Shown one piece after another: positions 17,901 to 26,728 of a stretch of DNA of 58,096 bases (position 1 is its first letter; each line of letters begins with the position of its first letter). Under the pieces are notes generated by a model that saw only the letters and a list, made by a program, of their open reading frames with translations, searched no databases and had not been told where the DNA came from. The stretch is from Candidatus Omnitrophota bacterium (GTDB lineage: Bacteria > Omnitrophota > Gorgyraeia > Aquiviventales > Aquiviventaceae). Where the stretch lies: assembly GCA_016198905.1 (NCBI GenBank), contig JACQHR010000003.1, positions 1 through 58,096 on the forward strand. Direction: 5' to 3'. The translations under genes and the position numbers were made by a program.

Positions 17901-18426
17901 GACAACCGAACGCGTGGGACGCAAGACTCAAGACTCAAGACACGAGACCGGCGTCCGGTCTCGTGTCTTGAGTCTTGAGTCTTGGGTCTTCGATGGATTT
18001 ACGCTGGTCGAATTATTGGTGGTGATCGCCATTCTGGGAATTTTAATGAGCTTGGTGACGGGGGGTGCCATCATGGCGCGGAGAAAGGGAGCGATCACGG
18101 CCGCCAAGGTCAAGGTGGCCCAGATGGAGATTCCGATTACCACCTATAAGAACGACATGGGCGACTATCCCAAGAGCGGCAACGCCAACCTCGTCAGCGC
18201 GTTGCAGGATGATCCGAAGGATCCGCATTGGGATGGGCCGTACGTGGAATTCAAGCAGGACGAGCTCAAGAATGGGGAGTTCATTGATCCGTGGGGCCAT
18301 CCGTTCGTGTACGTCTCGATCAATGGCGGGTCGCCTGAGCACCGCGCGCGTTCGTACGATTTCTATTCGTTTGGGCCCAACGGGAACGATGACAGCGGAG
18401 TCGGCGACGACATCGTCAACTGGTAG
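17893..18426 (+). CDS. gspG: Type II secretion major pseudopilin GspG-like
   Basis: G|FTLVELLVVIAILGILMSL prepilin motif, YKNDMGDYPKSGN, WDGPYVEF and DPWGHPFVY. Start is either ATG 17893 (overlaps the upstream stop, reads through both palindrome arms) or TTG 17968 (leader LSLESWVFDG). Confidence 0.85.
   Translation: MNRTTERVGRKTQDSRHETGVRSRVLSLESWVFDGFTLVELLVVIAILGILMSLVTGGAIMARRKGAITAAKVKVAQMEIPITTYKNDMGDYPKSGNANLVSALQDDPKDPHWDGPYVEFKQDELKNGEFIDPWGHPFVYVSINGGSPEHRARSYDFYSFGPNGNDDSGVGDDIVNW
17922..17984. repeat. Perfect 30-bp-stem / 3-nt-loop palindrome built from CAAGACT heptamers
   Basis: CAAGACTCAAGACTCAAGACACGAGACCGG-CGT-CCGGTCTCGTGTCTTGAGTCTTGAGTCTTG. The arms are exact reverse complements by direct reading. 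Confidence 0.95.
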
Positions 18427-18427
18427 C

Positions 18428-18512
18428 GACACAAGACACAAGACACAAGACACAAGGCGGACGACTGATAGCCGGTCTTGGGTCTTGAGTCTTGAGTCTC
18501 GGGTCTTGAGTC
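18428..18512. repeat. Imperfect heptamer hairpin, (CAAGACA)n / (CTTGAGT)n
   Basis: GACACAAGACACAAGACACAAGACACAAGG ... CTTGGGTCTTGAGTCTTGAGTCTCGGGTCTTGAGTC. Confidence 0.85.
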
Positions 18513-18961
18513 GCGGTATCACGCTCGTCGAGTTGATGGTTGTGCTGGCCATCATCGCCATCATTATCGGGATGAGTGTGCCGGCCCTCATGGGATACAG
18601 CAGGCAACTGCGCCTGAAGACAACCACGCGGGAAGCGATGGGGTTAGTGTCGCTCGCGCGCAGTCTCGCCATCAGCTCCCATGAGGAGCGCGCGGTGCGG
18701 GTGGATGAAGAGCGGCGACAGATCCAGATTATCAATCTGACGACCGGAGAACCGTTGGAGCACGTCGTGCGGATCCCGCCGAGCATGACCGTGAGCGTGG
18801 AAGAAGGCGGACAGCCCACCGAGTCGATGCAATTCATCTTTCGGCCGACCGGATCGCTGACCGGACGGACCGTCTCGTTGAGACTCGCCGATCAGCACAA
18901 GCAGCACACCATTGTCATCACGGCCGCCACCGGAGCCGTCACCTTGCATGACGAGCCATGA
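18485..18961 (+). CDS. Minor pseudopilin (GspH/FimT-like)
   Basis: G|ITLVELMVVLAIIAIIIGMSVPAL prepilin motif. No ATG/GTG lies between the gspG stop and this motif. TTG 18485 gives leader LSLESRVLSRG (alternative TTG 18506). The ORF-track start at 18065 overlaps gspG and is rejected. Confidence 0.7.
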   Translation: MSLESRVLSRGITLVELMVVLAIIAIIIGMSVPALMGYSRQLRLKTTTREAMGLVSLARSLAISSHEERAVRVDEERRQIQIINLTTGEPLEHVVRIPPSMTVSVEEGGQPTESMQFIFRPTGSLTGRTVSLRLADQHKQHTIVITAATGAVTLHDEP

Positions 18962-18984
18962 GACGGCATCATACATGAATGCGC

Positions 18985-19013
18985 TTGACGGCCAGAGGGG
19001 GCCATGCTAGACT
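18985..19013 (+). promoter_or_regulatory. Sigma70-like promoter candidate TTGACG-17-TAGACT
   Basis: TTGACG 18985-18990, 17-nt spacer, TAGACT 19008-19013. It would give a near-leaderless transcript for ATG 19022. Confidence 0.3.
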
Positions 19014-19021
19014 CCTCCCGC

Positions 19022-19606
19022 ATGTACAAGCGCGCCTTCAGGGGCTTCATCCTATCCGGGGTTACCTGCCTCTTGCTCATTCCGCAGCGACTCACATCAG
19101 CCGAGGGATTACGCGAAGAGGCCGTCGGTTATCGGGTCCAAGGCTATGAGGCGCAGCAGCGCGGCGATAAGACCACGGCACTGTCGCTGTATCAAAAAGC
19201 GGCAGCGCTCGACCCCACGTATCCTGCACCGCAGAATGATATCGGCGTGCTCTTTGAAGAGCAGGGGCGCTTGGGCGATGCGGAGCAAGCGTATCTGAAG
19301 GCCATCTCGATCAACCCCCGCTACCTGGAAGCGCATGCCAACCTGGCCATGCTCTATGAGCGGATGGGGTCGAAGGAAAAGGCGATCTACCACTGGCTCA
19401 AGCGGTATCAGCTCGGCGATCCGTACGACCCCTGGACGGCTCGCGCGGAAGAGCGGCTGGTGGCGCTGGGGATGCTCAAGACCTACCCCGGCATGAAAGG
19501 AGCCTTATACACGCGCCGACGGGTGGTCGGCCAGGAATTTCAGGCGCACGCTAAGTCCCTGGAGGAGTTTAACGCGGTGACCGAAGAGCACGGCGACTGG
19601 CCGTAA
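19022..19606 (+). CDS. Secreted/lipo TPR-repeat protein
   Basis: Signal-like MYKRAFRGFILSGVTCLLLI, then TPR repeats (ALSLYQKAAALDPTYP.., AEQAYLKAISINPRYLEAHANLAMLY). Alternative ATG at 19004. Confidence 0.7.
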   Translation: MYKRAFRGFILSGVTCLLLIPQRLTSAEGLREEAVGYRVQGYEAQQRGDKTTALSLYQKAAALDPTYPAPQNDIGVLFEEQGRLGDAEQAYLKAISINPRYLEAHANLAMLYERMGSKEKAIYHWLKRYQLGDPYDPWTARAEERLVALGMLKTYPGMKGALYTRRRVVGQEFQAHAKSLEEFNAVTEEHGDWP

Positions 19607-19743
19607 CGCGCTCGTCGCAGACGTATCCCCACAACCCAACCCATCGTACGACCCCAACACCACCATAACAGCCATTCGTGAGTTTCGATAACAACCAGTC
19701 CGTGCAGTTCTTCTCATTGCGCACGACTGCTCTGACACACACC

Positions 19744-22392
19744 ATGGCGCTACAGCGCGCGTTCTTGATCGACGGCACCGCGTTTTGCTACCGGGCGTTC
19801 TACGCCGTGCGCCACCTGAGCACATCGGATGGCCGCCCCACGAACGCCATCTTTGGATTCGCGGTGATGCTCCAGGCGCTGCAGGAAAAAGAGCAGCCGA
19901 CGCATCTGGCCGTGGCCTTCGATGTGGGCAAACCGACCTTCCGGCACCGGAAATTCGAAGACTATAAGGTCCAGCGCAAGCCCATGCCGGATCCGTTGAT
20001 CGCGCAGATTCCGGTGATCAAGAGGCTCTTGCAAGCGTATCGCATTCCGCTCTTCGAGCAAGAAGGCTATGAGGGCGAAGACGTGCTGGCGACGATCGCC
20101 ACGCGCATCATGCGCCCCGAGCTTGAGATCTTCTTGGTGACGGGAGATAAGGATGCGTTGCAATTGGTCAATAGCCACATCAAGGTGTACAACCCGCACA
20201 AGGAGACGCTGGTGCTCGATGTGGAAGCGGTTCGCGCGCGCTACGGCATCGGGCCTGACCAGGTGGTGGATCTGATGGCGCTCATGGGTGACGCGATCGA
20301 CAATATTCCCAGCGTGCCCGGCATCGGCGAAAAGACGGCCGTCCAGCTGCTCCAGCGATTCGGCAGCCTCGAGCAGCTCTACGCCCACTTGGACGACCTT
20401 GAGAGTCCTGCGCGCCGCAAGAGCTTGGAGACGGCGCGGGAGCAAGTGCACCTGAATCGCGAGCTGGCGCGGATCGATCGCGACGTGCCGCTCACCGTGC
20501 AGCTCGATGATTTGGCCGTCCGAGAGCCGGATTGGCGCGCGGTCAGGCAGCTCTATCGCGAATTGGAGTTCAAGAAGTTGCTGAAGACGATCGAAGACAA
20601 AGACCTCTCAACGGCGAGCTCGGAACCGCTCGCGCATCCTGTGGCTACGCCGCAGGAGCTTGAGGTGCTGTGCCGCGATGTGGCCGCGCGCCGTGCCGCG
20701 CCGGTTGCGCTCATCGGGTCCGCCGGCGAGACGGCGCCTGCGCGCCTCCTCCTGGCGGTGGCGTACGAGGTGACGGGCGCGTGGGTGGTGCAGGTGGACC
20801 GGACGCTGTGCGAGTCGGCGGCGGGCCAGTCGCTGGCGGCGTGGCTCGCCGATCCCCAGGCGCCGAAGATCAGCCATGATGCGAAGGCGCTGACGCGCGC
20901 GCTGACCGCAGTCGGGATCGAGCTGCAGGGGATTGTCGGCGACACGATGCTCGCGGCCTATCTGCTGAACCCGGCGCGAACCAGCCAAACGCTGCACGAT
21001 CTTGCGTCGGAACACCTGGATCTGTCCGTGAAATCGTTCCCGGCCGTCGGCGACGCGGAGCTTGCGTTATCGCAAGAGCTCGCGGAGCCGTTCGGGCGCG
21101 CGGCCTGCGCGGTGCTGCAACTCCACGACGCGCTCGTGCAGAAACTGCAGGCCCATGCGCTCGTGGAGTTGTATCGCGAGCTTGAGCTTCCGCTATTGCG
21201 CGTCCTGGCGCAGATGGAAGCGATCGGGATCGCGATCGATCTGCCGTACCTTGCGGGACTGCGGGCGTCCATGGATGCACAGCTCTCATCGCTGACGGAA
21301 GACATCTATCGCCTCGCAGGCGGCACCTTCAATCTGAATTCGCCGAAGCAGCTCTCAGACATCCTTTTTACCCGGTTGCAATTACCCATCATCAAACGAA
21401 CGAAAACAGGTGCCTCCACCGATAGCGATGTGCTGCAACAACTGGCTCAGCGGCATCCGCTGCCGGCGCTGATCATGCAGTACCGCGAGCTGGCCAAGCT
21501 CGTCTCCACCTACGTTGATGCATTGCCGAAACTGGCTGACCCGAAGACCGGCCGGATTCATACGTCGTTCAATCAGACCGCGACCGCGACGGGCCGGCTT
21601 TCCTCGAGCGAGCCGAATTTGCAGAACATCCCGATCAAGACCGAATTGGGCCGCTCGATCCGCAAGGCGTTCATTCCCGGTATTCCGGATGGCATCCTTG
21701 TGGCGGCGGATTACACGCAGATCGAGCTGCGCATTCTGGCGCACCTCTCAGGCGATGAGCAGTTGCGTGAGGCGTTTGCGCAGGACCGCGACATTCATCG
21801 CTTCACCGCGTCGCTCATCTATGGACTGCCCGAGGCCGAGGTGCAGCCGGAGCAGCGCAACGCGATGAAAGCGATCAACTACGGCATCCTCTACGGCATG
21901 AGCGCGCACGGTCTTTCCAAAGAGCTCGGGATTTCCTTCGAGGAAGCGCAGACGTTCATCGACGCCTACTTCGAACGCTACCCCAAAGTGCGCGCATATC
22001 TCGACCAGCAAATCGCGCAGGCCAAGCGCGACGGGTTCGTGCAGACGCTGCTCGGCCGCCGCCGCTACATTCCCGAAGTCAATAGTCCGGATGGAATGGT
22101 GCGGCAGTTCGGCGAGCGCATGGCGATCAACGCGCCGATCCAGGGCACGGCCGCGGATTTGATCAAGCGGGCGATGGTGCAGGTGGCCGAGGCGCTTGCG
22201 CGTGAGCGGCTGAAGAGCCAGATGCTCTTGCAGGTGCACGATGAACTCGTCTTCGAGTCTCCGCGCGGCGAGGTGGCACGGCTGGTGCCGCTGGTGCGCC
22301 GGATCATGGAAGGCGCGATCGCGCTGGATGTGCCGCTGACCGTGACGGTCAAAGCCGGGCCGAACTGGCTCGATCTTTCGCTTGTTCAATGA
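19744..22392 (+). CDS. polA: DNA polymerase I
   Basis: 5' nuclease N-terminus (FLIDGTAFCYRAFYA) and polymerase motifs DYTQIELRILAH, RNAMKAINYGILYGMS, QVHDELVFE. Confidence 0.95.
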   Translation: MALQRAFLIDGTAFCYRAFYAVRHLSTSDGRPTNAIFGFAVMLQALQEKEQPTHLAVAFDVGKPTFRHRKFEDYKVQRKPMPDPLIAQIPVIKRLLQAYRIPLFEQEGYEGEDVLATIATRIMRPELEIFLVTGDKDALQLVNSHIKVYNPHKETLVLDVEAVRARYGIGPDQVVDLMALMGDAIDNIPSVPGIGEKTAVQLLQRFGSLEQLYAHLDDLESPARRKSLETAREQVHLNRELARIDRDVPLTVQLDDLAVREPDWRAVRQLYRELEFKKLLKTIEDKDLSTASSEPLAHPVATPQELEVLCRDVAARRAAPVALIGSAGETAPARLLLAVAYEVTGAWVVQVDRTLCESAAGQSLAAWLADPQAPKISHDAKALTRALTAVGIELQGIVGDTMLAAYLLNPARTSQTLHDLASEHLDLSVKSFPAVGDAELALSQELAEPFGRAACAVLQLHDALVQKLQAHALVELYRELELPLLRVLAQMEAIGIAIDLPYLAGLRASMDAQLSSLTEDIYRLAGGTFNLNSPKQLSDILFTRLQLPIIKRTKTGASTDSDVLQQLAQRHPLPALIMQYRELAKLVSTYVDALPKLADPKTGRIHTSFNQTATATGRLSSSEPNLQNIPIKTELGRSIRKAFIPGIPDGILVAADYTQIELRILAHLSGDEQLREAFAQDRDIHRFTASLIYGLPEAEVQPEQRNAMKAINYGILYGMSAHGLSKELGISFEEAQTFIDAYFERYPKVRAYLDQQIAQAKRDGFVQTLLGRRRYIPEVNSPDGMVRQFGERMAINAPIQGTAADLIKRAMVQVAEALARERLKSQMLLQVHDELVFESPRGEVARLVPLVRRIMEGAIALDVPLTVTVKAGPNWLDLSLVQ

Positions 22393-22400
22393 CATTGTCC

Positions 22401-22486
22401 GGGGCAGGGGGAGGGAGACAGGGGGCAAGGGTTGATCGGTTAATTCATTTGTTTTCCCACGCCCCACGCCCCACGCCCCACGCCCC
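22401..22486. repeat. Heptamer hairpin cassette, GGGGCAG..GAGAC..(CCCCACG)n family
   Basis: GGGGCAGGGGGAGGGAGACAGGGGGCAAGGG, AT-rich loop, then (CCCACGC)x4. Ends 6 nt before the coaE ATG. Confidence 0.85.
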
Positions 22487-22492
22487 AACGTA

Positions 22493-23134
22493 ATGGTTGT
22501 GATCGGCGTGACCGGTGGTGTCGGCACAGGCAAGAGCACCGTGGCCAAGATGTTCGCGCAGCTGGGTGCCGTCGTGCTCGATGCGGATGCGTTGGCGCAC
22601 GAAGCGATGGAGCCCAAGCGGCTGGCCTGGCGGCAGATCGTCAAGCTCTTCGGGCTCGGAATCCTCAATGACGACCAGAGCATCAATCGGCGCGCACTGG
22701 CCGCGCGCGTCTTTTACGATGAGGGGCGACGCAAACAGTTAGAAGCGATTCTCCATCCGCAGGTGCTGCGCGTGATCAAGCAGCGCGTGGCTCGGCTGCG
22801 GCGGTCGCGGCGCACGCAAGCGGTGGTGCTCGATGTGCCGCTGCTCGTGGAAGTGGGAGCGCACACGTGGGTGGACGCGCTGGTGGTGGTGACGGCACCG
22901 CCGGAGGTTCAGCGCGAACGATTAGCACGCGCATACGGATGGACACCGGAGGAGATCGATGCACGCATCGCAGCGCAGTGGGACCTGGCGGCCAAGGTGG
23001 CATTGGCCGATTTCGTCGTGGATAACAGCCGGCGCGTGGATGCCACGCGCAGACAGGTGAAGGACATATGGAACCAACGAGTACGTCGACATCGCAGCAA
23101 GCCAAGCTCGACATCGCGGCCCTCAAAGAGCTGA
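22493..23134 (+). CDS. coaE: Dephospho-CoA kinase
   Basis: [20 protein letters not shown]-loop. The 3' end overlaps rho by 67 nt. Confidence 0.88.
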   Translation: MVVIGVTGGVGTGKSTVAKMFAQLGAVVLDADALAHEAMEPKRLAWRQIVKLFGLGILNDDQSINRRALAARVFYDEGRRKQLEAILHPQVLRVIKQRVARLRRSRRTQAVVLDVPLLVEVGAHTWVDALVVVTAPPEVQRERLARAYGWTPEEIDARIAAQWDLAAKVALADFVVDNSRRVDATRRQVKDIWNQRVRRHRSKPSSTSRPSKS

Positions 23135-24360
23135 AGATTTCAGAGCTCACCAAGGTCGCGCGGGATCTGAACGTCAACGGGATCTCGGGCCTGAAAAAAC
23201 AGGATCTGATTTTCCGGATCCTCTCGGCGCAGACGGAGCGGGAAGGGCTGATCTTCTCCTCCGGCGTCTTGGAAATCCTGCCGGATGGGTTCGGGTTTCT
23301 GCGCTCGCCGAACTACAACTATCTGCCGTGTCCGGATGACATCTACGTGTCGCCATCGCAGATCCGCCGCTTCGATCTGCGCACCGGCGACGTCGTCAAT
23401 GGGCAAGTGCGTCCCCCGAAGGAAGGGGAGCGGTACTTCGCGCTGCTGAAGGTCGAAGCGGTAAACAGCGAGAATCCCGAAGACTCGAAGGTCAAAGTCA
23501 ACTTCGATAACCTCACGCCGATCTATCCCAACCAGCGCTTCGTGCTCGAAACCAACCCGAAGGAAATGTCCACGCGGATCATGGATCTGCTGACGCCGAT
23601 CGGGAAAGGGCAGCGCGGGTTGATTGTCGCGCCTCCATATAGCGGCAAGACCGTGCTGCTGCAGAAGATCGCCAACTCGATTACGACGAACCATCCGGAC
23701 GTCGTCATGATCGTCTTACTGATCGATGAGCGTCCGGAAGAAGTCACCGATATGCAGCGCTCGGTGAAGGGTGAAGTCATCTCCTCCACCTTCGATGAGC
23801 CGGCCGATCGGCATATCCAGGTGGCGGAAATCGTCCTCGAGAAAGCCAAGCGGCAAGTCGAGCACAAGCGCGACGTCGTCGTGCTGCTCGATAGCATCAC
23901 GCGTCTGGCGCGCGCGTACAACACCGTCGAGCCGCACAGCGGTCGTGTGCTCACCGGTGGGCTCGACGCAAATGCGCTGCACAAGCCGAAGCGGTTCTTC
24001 GGGTCGGCGCGCGGGATCGAAGAAGGCGGCAGTCTCACCATCATCGGGACGTGCCTCATCGACACCGGCTCGAGAATGGACGAGGTCATCTTCGAGGAGT
24101 TCAAGGGCACCGGCAACATGGAGCTCACCATGGACCGGAACTTGTTCCAGCGGCGCATCTACCCGGCCATCGACATCCGGCGCTCCAACACGCGGCGCGA
24201 GGAGCTGCTCATCTCGGCGGAGGAGTTGCAAAAGATCTGGGTCTTGCGTAAAGTATTGAACGAAATGGATCCGGTGCAGGCGATGGAACTGCTCATTGAC
24301 CGGCTCTCGAAAGCGAAATCCAACCAAGAGTTTCTCGCCACAATGGCGAAAAAGTCCTAA
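23068..24360 (+). CDS. rho: Transcription termination factor Rho
   Basis: [31 protein letters not shown], and a complete RecA-type domain. Confidence 0.95.
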   Translation: MEPTSTSTSQQAKLDIAALKELKISELTKVARDLNVNGISGLKKQDLIFRILSAQTEREGLIFSSGVLEILPDGFGFLRSPNYNYLPCPDDIYVSPSQIRRFDLRTGDVVNGQVRPPKEGERYFALLKVEAVNSENPEDSKVKVNFDNLTPIYPNQRFVLETNPKEMSTRIMDLLTPIGKGQRGLIVAPPYSGKTVLLQKIANSITTNHPDVVMIVLLIDERPEEVTDMQRSVKGEVISSTFDEPADRHIQVAEIVLEKAKRQVEHKRDVVVLLDSITRLARAYNTVEPHSGRVLTGGLDANALHKPKRFFGSARGIEEGGSLTIIGTCLIDTGSRMDEVIFEEFKGTGNMELTMDRNLFQRRIYPAIDIRRSNTRREELLISAEELQKIWVLRKVLNEMDPVQAMELLIDRLSKAKSNQEFLATMAKKS

Positions 24361-24361
24361 T

Positions 24362-24450
24362 GACGTTGAGCCCGTTAGGCCGGTTGAGTCAGTTAACCGG
24401 TTGAAGACGAACGGGCCTAACAGGCACAACCGGCCAAACCGGCCCAACGA
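24362..24450. repeat. Heptamer hairpin cassette, GCCGGTT family
   Basis: GAGCCCGTTAGGCCGGTTGAGTCAGTTAACCGGTTGAAG ... CGGGCCTAACAGGCACAACCGGCCAAACCGGCCCAACG. Confidence 0.8.
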
Positions 24451-24475
24451 GACGATCACCAAAGAAGGAGGAATA

Positions 24476-24682
24476 ATGAAAGACGGCATTCACCCCGAGT
24501 ACATCGAATGCACGATCAGCTGCACGTGCGGGGCGGTCTACCACACCCGCTCGACGCGCAAAACGATCCACGTGGAGATCTGCGCCAGCTGCCATCCGTT
24601 CTTCAGCGGACAGCAAAAACTTATCGACACCGCAGGGCGCGTCGAGAAGTTCCGCCGAAAATATACGAAGAAAACGACCTGA
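24476..24682 (+). CDS. rpmE: 50S ribosomal protein L31
   Basis: MKDGIHPEY...CSCG...CASCHPFFSG. SD AAGGAGG 6 nt upstream. The ORF-track start at 24296 reads through the repeat and is rejected. Confidence 0.93.
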   Translation: MKDGIHPEYIECTISCTCGAVYHTRSTRKTIHVEICASCHPFFSGQQKLIDTAGRVEKFRRKYTKKTT

Positions 24683-24729
24683 ACGCCTCGCGATCCCTCA
24701 CGTTTCGTTCGTAGGCCCTCGGCGTATTC

Positions 24730-25821
24730 ATGCAGCTTCCCCGTGAGCAACTCCTTGAGCAGCTGGCTCAACTCGACCGTCGCTACCTCGATCTGGAGCG
24801 GCAATTGGCCTCGTCAGCGGGCGGCCAGCCCGACCGCCAAACGTACCAGACGCTTGGCAAGGAGCTCTCCGAATTACGCGACATCGTGCTGACCTATCGC
24901 ACGCTGCTGCGGGTGGAGTACGATGCCAAGGAAGCCGAAGCGCTGTTCCACGCGCAGGGCGATCTCGAGATGCGGGAACTGGCGAAGGAAGAAGCGGTGT
25001 CGCTGCGGCAGCAGCAGACCGACCTGCTGGCGCAGCTCGAACGCGCGTGGCTCGAGCGCCATCAAACGCCTGACCGCCCGCTCATCATTGAAATTCGCGC
25101 GGGCACCGGCGGGCTCGAGGCGAGCCTATTCGTCAACGACCTGTATCGGATGTACACGAAGTACGCCGCGAAACTCGGACTCACCACCGAGTTGATGCAC
25201 GCGCAACGCACCGAAGCCGGAGGGCTCAAGGAAATCGCGTTTTCCGTCAAAGGTCCGGAAGCTTGGCAGCGCTTCAAGTTCGAGAGCGGCGTCCACCGAG
25301 TTCAACGGGTGCCGGAAACCGAAGCGCAAGGCCGCATCCACACTTCGACGGTAACCGTCGCCGTCCTCCCGGAGCCCGAAGAAATCGAGCTGCCTCCTCT
25401 GCCGGCCAAAGACCTCCAGATTGACGTGTACCGCTCGACGGGTGCCGGCGGCCAGAGCGTCAATACGACCGACTCGGCGGTGCGCATCCGCCACCTGCCC
25501 AGCGGCCTGGTGGTCACCTGCCAGGATGAGCGTTCGCAGCTGCGCAACAAAGAGAAGGCGATGCGGGTGCTGCGCGCCCGGCTGTTGGACCAGATGCAGC
25601 AAGCGCACCAGGCCCAGCTGGCGTCGGATCGGCGCAAGCAAGTGGGCAGCGGCGACCGCAGCGAAAAAATCCGCACGTACAATTTTCCCGACCGCCGCAT
25701 CACCGACCATCGCATCGGCATGACGCTGCACAAGCTGGATATGGTCATGGAAGGCGAGTTGCAGGAGCTGATCGATGCGCTCATTGCGGATGAGCGCGCC
25801 AAGACGTTGGGGCGCTCATGA
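24730..25821 (+). CDS. prfA: Peptide chain release factor 1
   Basis: GAGGQSVNTTDSAVRIRHLPSG (GGQ motif) and VPETEAQGRIHTS (PxT tripeptide region). Confidence 0.95.
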   Translation: MQLPREQLLEQLAQLDRRYLDLERQLASSAGGQPDRQTYQTLGKELSELRDIVLTYRTLLRVEYDAKEAEALFHAQGDLEMRELAKEEAVSLRQQQTDLLAQLERAWLERHQTPDRPLIIEIRAGTGGLEASLFVNDLYRMYTKYAAKLGLTTELMHAQRTEAGGLKEIAFSVKGPEAWQRFKFESGVHRVQRVPETEAQGRIHTSTVTVAVLPEPEEIELPPLPAKDLQIDVYRSTGAGGQSVNTTDSAVRIRHLPSGLVVTCQDERSQLRNKEKAMRVLRARLLDQMQQAHQAQLASDRRKQVGSGDRSEKIRTYNFPDRRITDHRIGMTLHKLDMVMEGELQELIDALIADERAKTLGRS

Positions 25822-26699
25822 GCGAAGTGGGCACCGTGGCGTGGACGGCCCGCGCATTGTTGCGTGAAGGGCTTCAGCGGATGCAGGCCTTAGGTGCCGC
25901 ACCGGCTCGGCATGAGGTGGAATGGCTGTTGAGCGCGGCGACCGGAGTGCCTGCGCTTGAGCTCTCTGTGAGTGATCCGGTGGTGTCAGATCATGCGGCG
26001 GAGCAGTTTCTCGCCCACATAGCTTCGCGTATCGCTGGGATCCCGTTGCAATATCTCATCGGCGAGACGGAGTTTTTTGGCGAGCGGTTTGCGGTACGGC
26101 CCGGCGTGCTGATCCCTCGGCCGGAGACCGAAGCGATCGTGGAGGCGGCGATCGAAGCGCTGCACCTGCGTCAGCAGCGGGTGGGGCGGCCGCTGCGGCT
26201 GCTTGATCTCGGGACGGGCAGCGGGTGCATTGCGGTGACCCTGGCGCGTGGGCTTGCAGCTTGTGTTGTCGTCGGCGTTGAGGTATCATGGACGGCACTG
26301 CAGGTCGCCCGTCACAATGCCTTGCGGCATGGGGTGGGGCAGCGCGTGCGCCTAATCCAAGGAGATTGGGCTCAGGCGCTGCGCGGCGTTTTCGATGGCA
26401 TCATCTCGAACCCTCCCTATGTGCCGAGCGCTGAGGTGGATCGGCTGCCGCTGGATGTTCGGCAGGAGCCGCGCCTAAGCCTCGATGGCGGCGTCGACGG
26501 TCTGCGAGACCTATTGACAATTCTTGGAGACGCACCTCGACTGTTGGCGCCTGAAGGTGTCTTGGTCGTGGAATGCGGGGAAGCGCAAGCCCTAACGCTC
26601 TTCCAGCGCGCTCAGGCGTGTGCCTGGGCGGCACAGGTGCGCCTCATGCGAGATCTGGCCGTTCGGCCGCGCGGTCTGCTCGTGACGAAGCGCGCGTGA
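25818..26699 (+). CDS. prmC: Release-factor glutamine N5-methyltransferase
   Basis: LDLGTGSGCIA and NPPY motifs. ATGA overlap with prfA. Confidence 0.9.
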   Translation: MSEVGTVAWTARALLREGLQRMQALGAAPARHEVEWLLSAATGVPALELSVSDPVVSDHAAEQFLAHIASRIAGIPLQYLIGETEFFGERFAVRPGVLIPRPETEAIVEAAIEALHLRQQRVGRPLRLLDLGTGSGCIAVTLARGLAACVVVGVEVSWTALQVARHNALRHGVGQRVRLIQGDWAQALRGVFDGIISNPPYVPSAEVDRLPLDVRQEPRLSLDGGVDGLRDLLTILGDAPRLLAPEGVLVVECGEAQALTLFQRAQACAWAAQVRLMRDLAVRPRGLLVTKRA

Positions 26700-26728
26700 G
26701 CGTCAGCCACAGCATCACCAGTGACACG

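Noticed and set aside
24296-24475. ORF-track N-terminal extensions that read through repeats: rpmE from 24296, hemC from 42217, mgtC from 11640, hemB from 45905, murA from 26573, gatB from 7734, polA from 19678.
   Set aside because: Homology to the protein families begins at internal ATG/GTG codons, often with an SD or a stop/start overlap. The upstream parts translate repeat or intergenic sequence, or overlap the preceding gene.
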